A stretch of 64,000 bases of DNA from Octopus vulgaris (lineage: Eukaryota): positions 72,354,001-72,418,000 of the forward strand of contig OX597822.1 in the NCBI GenBank assembly GCA_951406725.2, read 5' to 3'. The position numbers and the translations under genes are program-made. The notes beneath the pieces are model-generated. The model had not been told where the DNA came from, made no database searches, and worked only from the letters and a program-made list of their open reading frames with translations. This document shows, piece after piece, positions 40,148-53,342 of this stretch (its first letter is position 1; the number at the start of each line of letters is the position of its first letter).

Positions 40148-40603
40148 AATAAAATTAGAGATAAAACCACTATTAGGCAAATCAAACAGTGAAAAACATA
40201 AACCAAAACATAAAAATAAAAATAATTAATATAGTTTACAAAATATATAAAATATAAAATTTAAAATTTAAGTTATTTGAATTTAAAATAATTAATTTAT
40301 ATTTATATTTATAATATTTTTAAATAATATATAACTATCAAAAAGTTTATTATAAGATAAGTGGTTTTAATTATCTTATAATAAACATTTTAATACTTTT
40401 TGATAGTTATATATAATTAAAAAAAATTATAAATATAAATATAAATATAAATTAATAATTTTAAATTCAAATAATTTAAATTTTAAATTTTATATTTTAT
40501 ATATTTTGTAAATTATATTAATTAATTTTATTTTTATGTTTTGGTTTATGTTTTTCACTGTTTGATTTGCCTAATAGTGGTTTTATCTCTAATTTAATTT
40601 ATA
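40144..40603. repeat. AT-rich foldback: 217/233-bp inverted arms around a 10-bp spacer
   Basis: Left arm tataaataaaattagagataaaaccactattaggcaaatcaaacagtgaaaaac... is the reverse complement of the right arm; spacer gtggttttaa at 40361-40370. Confidence 0.93.
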
Positions 40604-40945
40604 TTTATACTGTGAAATTAGATTTAATCCTAAATCTAATTTTTTCCTGTAAATATGGATTTACTCCCTAATATTATCATTTTTATATATATTTATATAC
40701 GTACATCATACCTACATACACACACAGACGCACACACACACATGTATACATTTAGTTATCACTAACGTAATGCAATAAATTGTTTCCTGATGATCAAATT
40801 GTGGTTGAGCATCTAAATTCAACAATTGAAGGTCTATAAACATCCATAATGTTGAAACGCGCATAGGAAGTATAATGTAAACTCGTGTTTATCCCCTCAG
40901 TTCTCACACAGATATATATATATATATATATACACATACACACAC

Positions 40946-40975
<30 letters not shown>

Positions 40976-40980
<5 letters not shown>

Positions 40981-42003
40981 TAAATGAAATAAAACATATG
41001 CATATATATATAAACATATATGTACGTACCTACCTCTACATGTACATATACACGCACATATGAGTACAGGACACCAAAGGGACGTCGAACACAAAGAGAA
41101 ACGAAAACATAGACACAAACCAAAGGAACTGGACATTTTTTAAAAACAACAAAAAATGGAGTACAGGACAATTAACACAAAGAAAAAAACCCTTCTTCAG
41201 TCGCTATGGTTCCATCTACTCTACGTTTCGAAGGATAAAAGCGAGACGTATCTTCGACAAGAAACTTTCCTTCCTGCGAAAAGCAAATCAATTAAAATTC
41301 TGAGATCTTTTCGCAGAGGGGTAAAAAATGGTACAAAAATGGTAAAAAAACAGGACAGTAACGACAGTACAAAAATATAAACAGTAAAGGACAGGATAGG
41401 GAAAAACAAGATAAGAAAGGCTGTTGACGCCGAACGAAAAAAGTATTGCAAACGCAGAATTTTTTGTGAACGACAGGGGAGCAGGAAGAATGTCGTCCAG
41501 TTACCTTGAAAGGCCAGGCCAGAAAGAATGTCAGAGCGGAAGTATAGTCGCGGGTGGACGACGGGAAGGGGGGAGGGGGAAGGAGGAGCAAGAGGAAGGG
41601 AGAGAATAAGGGGAATGGCTGCGAGGAAACCATGAAGAATTGTGAGGGGGAGAGAGAGAGTGAAGAATGAGAGAGAGAGGAAGAGACAAGTTAAGTAGAG
41701 GAAAAAGAAAATCAAGAATAGGGATGGGACAGAAAGGTGAAGAGTGCGCGTCAGAGTTAATATCAAGACCAAAACTTGATATACAGAACAATCTTACTTA
41801 AGGGGGTGCGTGCGTTTAGTCATATAATATATTAATAAATGAAATAAAACATATGCATATATATAAACATATATGTACGTACATACCTCTACATGTACAT
41901 ATACACGCATATATGAGTACAGGACACCAAAGGGACGTCGAACACAAAGAGAAACGAAAACATAGACACAAACCAAAGGAACTGGACATTTTTTTAAAAA
42001 CAA
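40976..42003. mobile_element. Probable Penelope-like fragment bracketed by about 173-bp direct repeats (40976-41149 and 41831-42003)
   Basis: The direct repeat is read directly. The internal ctactctacgtttcgaagg...ttccttc motif resembles PLE ends. Confidence 0.6.
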
Positions 42004-42129
42004 TATATATATACATAAATACATATATATGCATTCTTGTATATACATATATACATATATTCATATAATATTTTAAATAACATTTTAAAATAGTGTACAA
42101 CTATAATATCAAGGACTAAAGTTTTGTAA

Positions 42130-42495
42130 GATAACATCAGTTCTTTCCACTAAGCACAAGGCCTAAAAGTTTGGTTCAAGGGGGTTTGTCGATTACATGA
42201 ACCCGCCAGGTTAAGTGGAACCTTTTTTAACGTCGAAAAAATGAGCTAACGATCCTACAACTTCGACGCCTTAACAGTAATAATAATCCGTTCTACTACA
42301 AGCACAAGGGCTGAAATATTGTGGGGGAGTGCAGTCGATTACGTCGACTCCTGTGCGTGATTGGTACTTATTTCATGGACTAAAAAAAAAAAAAAATGAA
42401 GGCCAAAGTCGACTTCGGCAGATTTCAACACAGAATGTTGAGATGGGATGAAATAAGGCTAAGAATTTTGCTAACGATTCTGCCCGCCTCAACAA
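42130..42495 (-). mobile_element. Two decayed SINE family B fragments
   Basis: cacaaggcctaaaag...gtcgattacat; ggccaaagtcgacttcggcag...gattctgcccgcct. Confidence 0.7.
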
Positions 42496-42503
42496 CAGCA
42501 ACA

Positions 42504-42695
42504 GTGGAGCGCAATGGCCCAGTGGTTAGGGCAGTGGACTCGCGGTCGTAAGAACGCGGTTTCGATTCCCAGACCGGGCATTGTGAGTGTTTATCGAGCA
42601 AAAACACCTAAGCTCCACGAGACTCCGGGATGGGAGTGAACCCCTCTGTACTCTTTCACCAGAACTTTCTCTCACTCTTTCTTCCTACTTCTGCA
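42504..42695 (+). mobile_element. SINE C-type head, 3'-truncated
   Basis: gtggagcgcaatggcccagtggttagggcagtggactcgcggtcg. Confidence 0.85.
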
Positions 42696-42944
42696 ACAAA
42701 GGAGAGGAACCATGGTGTAACCCACTATGGTGTGGTAAATTTTCAGACCCTAGTCTAGATTGCGAATCTTCTGTACCCCAGGATGGTTCAGCTCTCCTCT
42801 CGTTTAAAGCCACCGTTTACGGAATGAGGATAACAACGTAGCTTTCGCGCCCGTGCAACCGCCAGTCTATCGCGTGTGGTGGGTGGATTTTCAAGTTGCT
42901 ACACGCATTCTTTGTAGCTTAGGCTAATGGTGTGAGTCCTGATT

Positions 42945-43019
42945 GGAAGAAGAAGAAGAAGAAGAAGAAGAAGAAGAAGAAGAAGAAGAAGAAGAAGAAG
43001 AAGAAGAAGAAGAAGAAGA
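42945..43019. repeat. Pure (GAA)n microsatellite
   Basis: Direct reading. Confidence 0.98.
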
Positions 43020-43047
43020 CAACAGCAACAAGAACAATAACAATAAT

Positions 43048-43232
43048 CTTTCTACTATGGGCACAAGGCCTGAAATTTGTGGGGAGGGAGTAAGTCGATC
43101 ATATCGACCCCAGTATTTGACTGGTAATTAATTTATCGACCTCGAAGGGATGAAAGGCAAAGTCGACCTTCGCGGAATTCGAACTCAGAAAATAGCGACG
43201 GGAGAAGTGCCGATAAGCATTTTGTTTAGCCT
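43048..43232 (-). mobile_element. SINE family B monomer
   Basis: Central domain and tail homology; (AAT)n flanks. Confidence 0.82.
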
Positions 43233-43247
43233 AATAATAATAATAAT

Positions 43248-43298
<51 letters not shown>

Positions 43299-43510
43299 CC
43301 TTTCCACTAAAAGCACAAGGCCTGAAATTTTGTGGGAGGGGAGAAATCGATTACATCAACCCCAGTACTCGACTGGTACTTATTTTATCGATTCCGAAAG
43401 GATGAAAGGTTAAGTCGACCTCAGCGGAATTTGAACTCAGAACGTAAAGATGGGTGAAATACCATTAAGCATTACGTCCGGCGCGCTAACTTTTATGCCA
43501 GGTTGCCTCC
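43299..43510 (-). mobile_element. SINE family B monomer
   Basis: Central domain and tail homology; (AAT)n flanks. Confidence 0.85.
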
Positions 43511-43559
<49 letters not shown>

Positions 43560-43573
43560 TAATAATAATGATG

Positions 43574-43626
<53 letters not shown>

Positions 43627-43628
<2 letters not shown>

Positions 43629-43880
43629 TGCATTAGGCATGATAAAAAAATATTCAGACAAATACATAACAAAAACACCAGGACTTACAAACACATATAA
43701 CATACAGAAAATTGCACTACTAGGCACTGCACACATCCTACGCAGAACACTTTCCATACAATAACCATCAGAGCATCACAACAAATCACAGCACATACCT
43801 AAGGCACACGGAGCTGCGCTCAGTAGTGAAGTGAAAGCACGCTATAAAAATAAAACTACTGAACAATAATAATAATAATA
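43627..43880 (+). mobile_element. R4/Dong 3' end inserted in (TAA)n
   Basis: ALGMIKKYSDKYITKTPGLTNTYNIQKIALLGTAHILRRTLSIQ*; 3' UTR cctaaggcacacggagctgcgctc; (AAT)n tail. Confidence 0.88.
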
Positions 43881-44282
43881 TTGATAATAAACCTGCGTTT
43901 AGACATTTCAGCAAGAAGGGTGTTCACGCTCGTAATGAGACTTCGACCTGTTTCTCAATTCTATAAAAGCTTTAGTGGGAGATATTCTTTTTTTGACGAC
44001 CTCGTACAGATTCCATATTGGCAAGAGTTTATCACCATTGTCGCTTTAGCGAGTTCCTTATTAGCGATAACAATGACGTATAGATGCTACATAAAAAGAA
44101 GCAAAAACTTAGAAAGTACACACACACACACAGACAATCTCTCACAAACACATGCAAATACAATGCAAATGCACATAGACACATCTCTATATTGTTCTAC
44201 CTTTTATTTTCAAATTCTTTCAGCTGTTTTTCATTTCTTGTTTCACTTTGCTCTTTTAAAACTTACCCGACTTATCCACCGT

Positions 44283-44359
<77 letters not shown>

Positions 44360-44648
44360 TATCTTTTCTTTTTATTCAGCCATTTCTTATTTAATAGTTT
44401 TCATAGACTCAGATATATTTCACAATGACGTTAGATGCCTCTGCATGAATTGTGTAAATTGCTATATTAGCATTTTTCTTTATAGAATTCCGAGTACGGA
44501 ACAACAGCAGCAACAGCAAAAATAATATTAATAATATTGTTAACAACTATAAATCTGTCAACAATAGCAACAACAATAGCGTTAGCATCAACAATAATAC
44601 CCACTATCAAATAACAACCCGTATATAGCTATAAAAAGAATCAAACGA

Positions 44649-44649
<1 letters not shown>

Positions 44650-44747
<98 letters not shown>

Positions 44748-44750
44748 TAT
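44650..44750. repeat. (TTA)n microsatellite
   Basis: Direct reading. Confidence 0.97.
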
Positions 44751-44834
44751 TATGTTTGATGTTGTTGCTGCTATCATTATCATTGCTATTATCATATATA
44801 AAATACATAAATCCCTGTGTATAATATGTGTGTC

Positions 44835-44866
<32 letters not shown>

Positions 44867-46446
44867 CACACACATACATTTTGAAGCATATATACATACA
44901 TACAGTTGTATATACATACATACAAATATTCACACATATATATACATACATAATATATACATACACACACACACATATATGATATTTATGGCATGTATAA
45001 TATTTCGAATCCTGTCTCTCTCCTTTTCTCTCCTCTCTTCGTCATACTCTTACTGTTACTTCAGATAGATAATAACAATAGTAATAATGATGATAACAAA
45101 AACAACGACGACGACGATGATGATAATGATGATGATGATAATAATAATTCTGCTAACAGTACATTTGTAAAGACGGTTGTTGTTTGACGTGAAAGGTGTT
45201 GATAACAAACACTAAAGGCAGAGTTACTCGAGTGAAAGACCAGTTGAAAATAAACTTACTCAACCAAGATGGCCGAAAAGAAATTTTAGCAGAAGTTAAG
45301 CGTATACATTTATCTGGGAAAATCGGAGCCGCGTAATGCTGTATGAAGGAATACAATAGATGAATGCAAATAGTTTTGTAGGTTGAGAAATGTAAAGGTT
45401 AAGTAACTCGCCTTGCTAAATGATTTTGTAAATAAAATAGAGCTATATTTACGAAAATGGCAACGATAAATACAATAACGAAAGTAAAAAACTACAGGAA
45501 TAAAATCAGCCATGATAACAGCACTAACCAAAACACGAATAATAACACAATCACAGGAAGTTTGTTGTCTGTTCCTTCACTAAACAATCATTGTTTTGAA
45601 ACCAAAGTTCAAAAGGTTATTAGAAGGAATCATGGTAATTTTGCTGGAAGACAATGTGGATGGTGAAGAATGGCGAGGGATGCGTTACGTAATAGATGCC
45701 TCAGGCTTTAAAGTAAATGTTTTATATCTGCGTGTTCAGATCTTAATTGATTCAGTATACAGTAATATACTCATGCGAACTGTTCTCTATACGAAAAATT
45801 GAATAACGAACGCTTTTGCTAAAGACAATTAAACTCATATGATGAACTGAAATTTGAGCAGACTACGCACATATATAAGGGAGTGGAAACCCATTCGTTT
45901 AACGAGTCAAAATTTGAACAACGATCCGTGAGTAGACTACGCATGCAAACAAATAATGAGAGGCTATATACGAACGATGCGCTAAATGAAGAACTGCTTA
46001 GCAAATAGTTTGTCTGAAGAAAATTATATTCAGCCAGCGAGCATAAATTTCGACAACAAAAATCCACGAACTGGCTTTGTAGGTATATATGTAGCTGGAA
46101 GAGTGTATGCAAACGGTTCGTTAAAGTCCATGTATGCATTACATGTAAATTTAAAATTTTCATAAATAATATTTCTTGTAGGTTTTTGCTAAACACATAA
46201 CCATGGATCAAAGAGAAACCAGAAAAAAAAAAGAATGCGTGTGTGCGCACATACACATACACATAGGCATATATACACATAGTTATGCATTTGCTATTGA
46301 TGGATGGGCAATTTAAGCTTTTCATTTCTTTATATTTTGTCAGAAGATTACTTGGAAAAGATTATTCCTATTTAGTCATGTAACGAACAATTCGGTCAAG
46401 GAACAGGTGTCCAGAATGGATTATGTACGTATATAGACACCCCACT

Positions 46447-46770
46447 GTGAAAGCGCGTGGTTCAGTGGTTAGAGCAACGGGGTTATGATGGTGAGGTTGT
46501 GAGTTGCATCCCTGGAAGAACTGTGTTGTTTTCTTGATCAAGACACTGTATTTCACGTTACTCTAGTTCAGTCAGCCGTAGAAGCGAATTACATCACTGC
46601 TGCCAAGCTGTATCGGCCTTTGCCTTTCCCTTGGATAAAATCAGTGATGTGGAGAGGGGAGGCTGGTATGTATGGGTGACTGCTGGTCTTCCACAAACAA
46701 CCTGGCCTCGGAGGGTAACTTTCTAGATATAATCCCATGGTCATTCGTGACCGAAAAGGGTCTGTAATAA
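46447..46770 (+). mobile_element. SINE with D-type head, CORE-like centre and Z-type body
   Basis: gtgaaagcgcgtggttcagtggttagag...ttcttgatcaagacactgtatttcacgttactc, followed by a body not seen in the other copies. Confidence 0.7.
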
Positions 46771-46816
46771 AGAGATTCCACTGCATTATCGTTTACATTC
46801 AGTGGTCTACATATTG

Positions 46817-47070
46817 TGGACGAGTGTGGCTTAGTAGTTAGGGTGTTCGACTCATGATCATAAGATTGTGGTTTCGATTCATGGACCGGGCGACTCGTTG
46901 TGTTCTTGAGCAAAACACTTCATTTCCCGTTGCTCCAGTTCATTCAGCTGTCAAAAATGAGTAATCTAGCGACGGACCAGAGTGCCACCCAAGTGAGTAA
47001 TATACACGCTATGGAAACCGGGAAACCGATCCTTAAGAGTCGACATGACTCAAGAACGAACTTGACTTTA
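46817..47070 (+). mobile_element. SINE with D-type head, CORE-like centre and W-type body
   Basis: Homologous to 28876-29445. Confidence 0.85.
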
Positions 47071-47264
47071 GTCTATTTATTTATGCTACAGATGTTATTA
47101 CAAATAATCTATTTGGGGAAAATAGGTGGCTTTACAAAAGTGAAATTACTCTGAACGAACACTAGAATTGCAGTATGCAGAGCTCTGTCGTAATTTCATG
47201 TCCAGTTTGATCAAGATCACAAAATTCCAGCTGTTTGTTTCCTCTTCTATCGTGTTATGGTTCT

Positions 47265-47450
47265 CGTCGTAAAAACCTCAAGTTTCAAAGCCGAGAAGCG
47301 AGTAAAAAATGCCAAACTTGCAATCTTCAATTCGGTTTTCGTGTCTATACACCCCTATTGTCACGACTGCTTGGTAATGACCGAAAAGATGCAATCGCGC
47401 ATGTAACCGGCCGAAATGGAGTAACATTACTCAACAGGATACGTAAGGTA
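47265..47450 (+). mobile_element. Decayed RTE-clade (Expander/Rex3-like) fragment
   Basis: VVK...KNAKLAIFNSVFVSIHPYCHDCLVMTEKMQSRM*PAEM/GVTLLNRIR resembles KAKL.I..S..VP.LTYGHE.WVMTER.RSRIQA.EM.FLRR..G..L.DRVR. Confidence 0.72.
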
Positions 47451-47798
47451 GGAAATCAGGGAGGTTAACTGAGAAATTTACATAACGGCTTTTCCAGGAA
47501 TAGCGGGTGGAGAAAATACATGGATGCATAAACTTCGATAGGCTGTTATTTTTGTCACTCACATTAGAATCTGCTGCGTAGGATGCTAGGTTTAGGATAA
47601 CTACACTAATTTACACAATTTGACTCCAGAACCACCCGCTACGAAAATAAACAGGCTCCAATTAGAAATATTTTGCGAATAATTTGTTGTCATATCCATA
47701 TGTTATCTATATGGCGATTTTAATCCGAAACATATTAAAGAAGAAAGTAAAAGATATATTTACATTTAAAAAACTATCTATGTATCAATGTATCTGTG

Positions 47799-48890
<1,092 letters not shown>

Positions 48891-49065
48891 TTAATTATTA
48901 TTATTATTATAATCGTTATTAATGTTATTATCTTTATCGCCTTCTTGGTGTTACCGTTACAATTTCATACAAAATAAATAGGTGTCTAAAATTGAATATT
49001 CAAAATTAGAACTATGCTTGAGGTTTAAATCTATATATACATATGTATGTATATGCATATATATA

Positions 49066-49101
<36 letters not shown>

Positions 49102-49180
49102 TATATGTATATATGTATATGTATGTATATGCATATATATATACATACATACATACATACATGCATACATAATATATATG

Positions 49181-49219
<39 letters not shown>

Positions 49220-49542
49220 ATACATACATATGTATGCATATATATATATGTATGTATATTTAGTAACTCACGTGAAAATCTATATTTTAAACTTGTAAAT
49301 GCATTTTGTTAACCAAAATTTATAAAGAGGGAAAGAAATATAATGTTGAAAAATATCCCCCCCCCCACACACACGCATGTAGAAAAGAAATAAAATATAC
49401 AAACATATATACATACGTTCGTACGCAAAATGTGTCTCTCAAATGCACACGAAACTACAGAAAGTAATAGCTCAAACAATTTTTAAATGTAAATTCCTAT
49501 AGAAACCTTGCGTAGGACAAAAAAGTAGGTAAATCTACATAG

Positions 49543-49707
49543 TAGGCGTAGGAGTGGATGTGTGGTAAGTCGCTTGATTACGAACCACGTGGTTCCGGGT
49601 TCAGTTCTACTTCGTGGTACCTTAGAGAAGTGTGTTCTAACATAGGCTCGGGCCGACGAAAGCCTTGTGAGTGGATTTGGTAGACGGAAACTGAAAAGAA
49701 GCCCGTC

Positions 49708-49747
<40 letters not shown>

Positions 49748-49865
49748 TTATGTGTGTGTATGTGTTTGTGTGTCTGCCTTTGTCCCCCCAACATCGCTTG
49801 ACAACCGATGATGGTATGTTTACGTTCCCGTAACTTGGCAATTCGGCAAAAAAGAGCCCGATAGA
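49543..49865 (+). mobile_element. SINE family A, 3'-truncated into (ATAG/TCTA)n
   Basis: Head taggcgtaggagtggatgtgtggtaag; internal (TA)n. Confidence 0.88.
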
Positions 49866-49879
49866 TAGATCTATCTATA

Positions 49880-49912
<33 letters not shown>

Positions 49913-50193
49913 CTCTATCTATCTATCTATCTATCTATATGTCTGTCTGTCTATCTATCTATCTATCGATCTATCAATACTCATGTATATTCCTATGTAT
50001 GCATGTATGTATTTCTGCATTGCTGTAGATATAGAATCATGTATATATATGTATGTGTGTGTGTCTGTGTGAGTGTGTGCGTTCGTGTGTGTGTGTATAT
50101 GTGTCTCTGTGTATTCATACGAAAGATAGAGAAGTGAAAGTAGAGACGAATATTGGAAAGCGTTACAAGAAGTTGACTGAAGCGAAAGAAACT

Positions 50194-50261
<68 letters not shown>

Positions 50262-50925
50262 TGAAAGTGTTGTTGACAGGGACTAAAGAAGAAGAAAAGA
50301 ACGATAGAGTAAACGACAGAAGGAAATAATAACAAGGACTGAGATATGTACAACAAATATCAAAATAATGCGTAAATATATAAAAGTTAAGCTCTGAGCT
50401 GAAAGTTCAAATTGAATTTATTAAATAAAGCTTTTTGAATAGTATTTTACTTAAGGCAACAAAGATGCAATTCTGATTGTGTGCGTGAAACACGGTCCGA
50501 TACTAATTACCGGGGAATACATTTACTCACCACGACCACACAGATACACATACACGTGCACTAACGCATACTGAAACCTACACACATAGGTCACGTAAGT
50601 AGCTGGCATACACGTGTCTTTATACGCACACACACACGCTCGTTTATATTAGATATACATGCTAAACATATTCCCTTTTGTCTGTTTATATAACCTATTG
50701 CATGCCTTTGTACCTACGTGTTTATATATATAATGCACAGATATGACTGTGTAGTAAAGACACATATTCATAGGCTTGTGCTCCTAGTTTGGTCCACTGT
50801 TTGACCCACTGGACTAGTGTCTTCAACCTATAGGCTTTAATAGCTTAGAAGAAGGCTTTAGAAGACTCCAGGTCTGTATTTACGCTTGACGTGTGTCTGA
50901 ATGATATCACCTCATGTACTACAGC

Positions 50926-51057
50926 CACTAGCGTAACTCAGTAGGGGCGGTCCGTCCCGGGCGGCACTTTTAAAGGGGTTGTACTTTCGGGTCTGCTGTA
51001 GGCAATATGATTATTTTGTGGGGTCCGGAGGCGGCACACGCTCTAGCTACGCTAGCG
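50926..51057. mobile_element. hAT-type MITE: 13-bp imperfect TIRs, 8-bp TSD
   Basis: TIRs cactagcgtaact and agctacgctagcg; TSD actacagc (50918-50925) and actgcagt (51058-51065). Confidence 0.7.
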
Positions 51058-51354
51058 ACTGCAGTACCAAAGTATAGATAAGCATTTTGTACTTCTGTTC
51101 AAAGTTTCTTGCTAGCATCATGCCCAATTTTGAAAACCATCCTTCCAATTAACATCTCCAACATAATATCCTACAGCACTTCCGTCCCTCCGATATGGAA
51201 CCACCTCTTTTTACATATTGTCCACTCCACCACTCACGACTTTTAAACACGTTTGCAATTTCCAATACTTACTAGTCTGCAACACATCACGTCTTCCATA
51301 CATCCAGTTCGTAGGTTTTGATTACACATATCTCCCTTTTTATTTCTTTATTGC

Positions 51355-51570
51355 CCACAAGGAGATAAACATAGAGGGGACAAACAAGGACAGACAAACG
51401 GATTAAGTCGATTATATCGACCCCAGTGCGTAACTGGTACTTATTTAATCGACCCCGAAAGGATGAAAGGAAAAGTCGACCTCGGCGGAATTTGAACTCA
51501 GAACGTCGCGACAGACGAAATACCGGTAGGCATTTCGCCTGGCGTGCTCGCGATTCTGCCAACTCACCGT
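51355..51570 (-). mobile_element. SINE family B, head plus one internal-type unit
   Basis: Homologous to 22037-22252; ends ...gggcaataaagaaataaaaa. Confidence 0.9.
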
Positions 51571-51959
51571 CTTCACCTATCCTCCTTCTGTTGCATTGTA
51601 GACTGCTCCTGGATACCAGGACTTCACAGAACGCGAAAATCCCTCACACAGGTCACTGACCGTATCGCCTGTATCACCAGGAAGCTCATTTTTGCTTCAA
51701 GTACAGGCCATGTGACCGACTACAATTGGTCACATAGTCCGCTCGCTAAACCTAATCAATCATCTATATGATTTAATATATAATTGGTTAGGTTTAGCGA
51801 GCATGCAACACAAGTAAACATTGACTCACTGTTTCTGCTCAGGTGTCATTTATCTCGGGACCTCTCTGTCTAAATAGAGGAGATCCACGGTTCCCGAATA
51901 TTTAAGATTCGACTGAAACAACAACGCATCATTAATAATAGGTTTATTGCTTTATGTGC

Positions 51960-52117
51960 ACATGCGTAGCTGTGTGGTAAGAAGCTTGCTTCCCAATAAT
52001 TTGGTTCCGGTTCAGTTCCACTCCGTAGCACCATGAGCAAGTGTCTTCTACTATAGCCTCGAGCCGACCAAAGCTTTGTGAGTGGATGTGGTAGAAGGAA
52101 CTTGAAAGACGCCTGTC

Positions 52118-52118
<1 letters not shown>
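51960..52118 (+). mobile_element. SINE family A 5' half, ending in (TA)n
   Basis: gctgtgtggtaagaagcttgcttcc...gaaagacgcctgtcg. Confidence 0.85.
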
Positions 52119-52207
<89 letters not shown>

Positions 52208-52922
52208 TAGCTACCAGTGGTTTAGCGAGAAGGAAAAAAATTAGTACCTTATTATCCTAGACCCTGCAAGTTTTCCGCAGACTTAAATACAGATTGAAAT
52301 AAAATAATTTCAATCTATATCTGGCGCTGCTTCTACAGGAGGTTGCCAGGACCGAACACATGATTTTTGAAGTATTGCATTAATACAATGGTAGAACGCC
52401 TGTCCACTAGAATCGTGGGTAACTTGTGTAACATTAAAGTTACAACTTGTCATTACTAGAAATTCAAGTTCACCACGTTCAACAGCAGTTGTGAACATAC
52501 GGCACCGAAACATCTGTATGTGGCTTATGAGCTGGCTCAGCAGGACTGTCCACTCTGCCACGTGGAACTGTCACGTGATACCAGAGAACTGTTAACTTCA
52601 AGTGACCTGAATTGATCAGTGAATGATACCAACTGTTATCATTCCGAAACTACAATGTTCTTCTCTAACGTACACATTCACTCAATCAAGACATTTCAGG
52701 AGTGAGTGAGAAGAGCAGATTTATGTCTACAAACTTTCACACACACACACACAAACACATATACACACACACACACACACACACGCACACACACACAGAG
52801 GCACACACACACACACACGCACATACCTTTATATACAATGTATAGATAGATAGATAGATATACGTACAAGCACATGCACATACATACACACAAAGGCACA
52901 CACACACACTCACAAGAACATA

Positions 52923-52959
<37 letters not shown>

Positions 52960-52961
<2 letters not shown>

Positions 52962-52995
52962 TAGCTTAAGGTGACCCGCTCTACGCGCGGGTAAG
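52960..52995 (+). mobile_element. Helentron/HINE-like 5' end
   Basis: actagcttaaggtgacccgctctacgcgcgggt: ACTAG start with a subterminal acccgc/gcgggt palindrome, after (TA)n. Confidence 0.5.
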
Positions 52996-53004
52996 AGTGT
53001 GGTT

Positions 53005-53342
53005 GTTATTTACTGCTGCATCCTTTCGGCACGTAAAAAGCACCAACCAAACGTGGCCGATGGCAGCGCCGCCTTGACTGGCTTCTGTGCCGGTGGCACG
53101 AAAATAGCACCAACCGATCGTGGCCGCTGCCAGTGCCCCTCTCCCCGTGGCATCTGTGCCGGTGCACGAAAAAAGCACCCACTACAATCATGGAGTGGTT
53201 GGCGTTAGGAAGGGCATCCAACTGTAGAAACACTGCCAGATCAGACTGGAGCCTGGTGCAGCCTCCTGGCTTCCCAGACCCCGGTCAAACCGTCCAACCC
53301 GTGCTAGCACGGAAAACGGACGTTAGACGATGATGATGATCA
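53005..53342 (+). mobile_element. SINE family E (Meta-domain-like) with (GAT)n tail
   Basis: gtgccggtggcacg...gagtggttggcgttaggaagggcatccaactgtagaaac...ggacgttagacgatgatgatgat. The Meta-domain label is from memory. Confidence 0.75.

Noticed and set aside
41221-41791. Hydrophobic 183-aa and 113-aa minus-strand ORFs
   Set aside because: Products of a pyrimidine-rich low-complexity strand in a repeat interior.
42700-42945. Possible LINE 3' end before (GAA)n
   Set aside because: Only vague RTE-like residues; no diagnostic motif.
43881-44525. 214-aa ORF with a hydrophobic segment
   Set aside because: Non-ATG start, runs through CA and TA repeats, and has no family motif.
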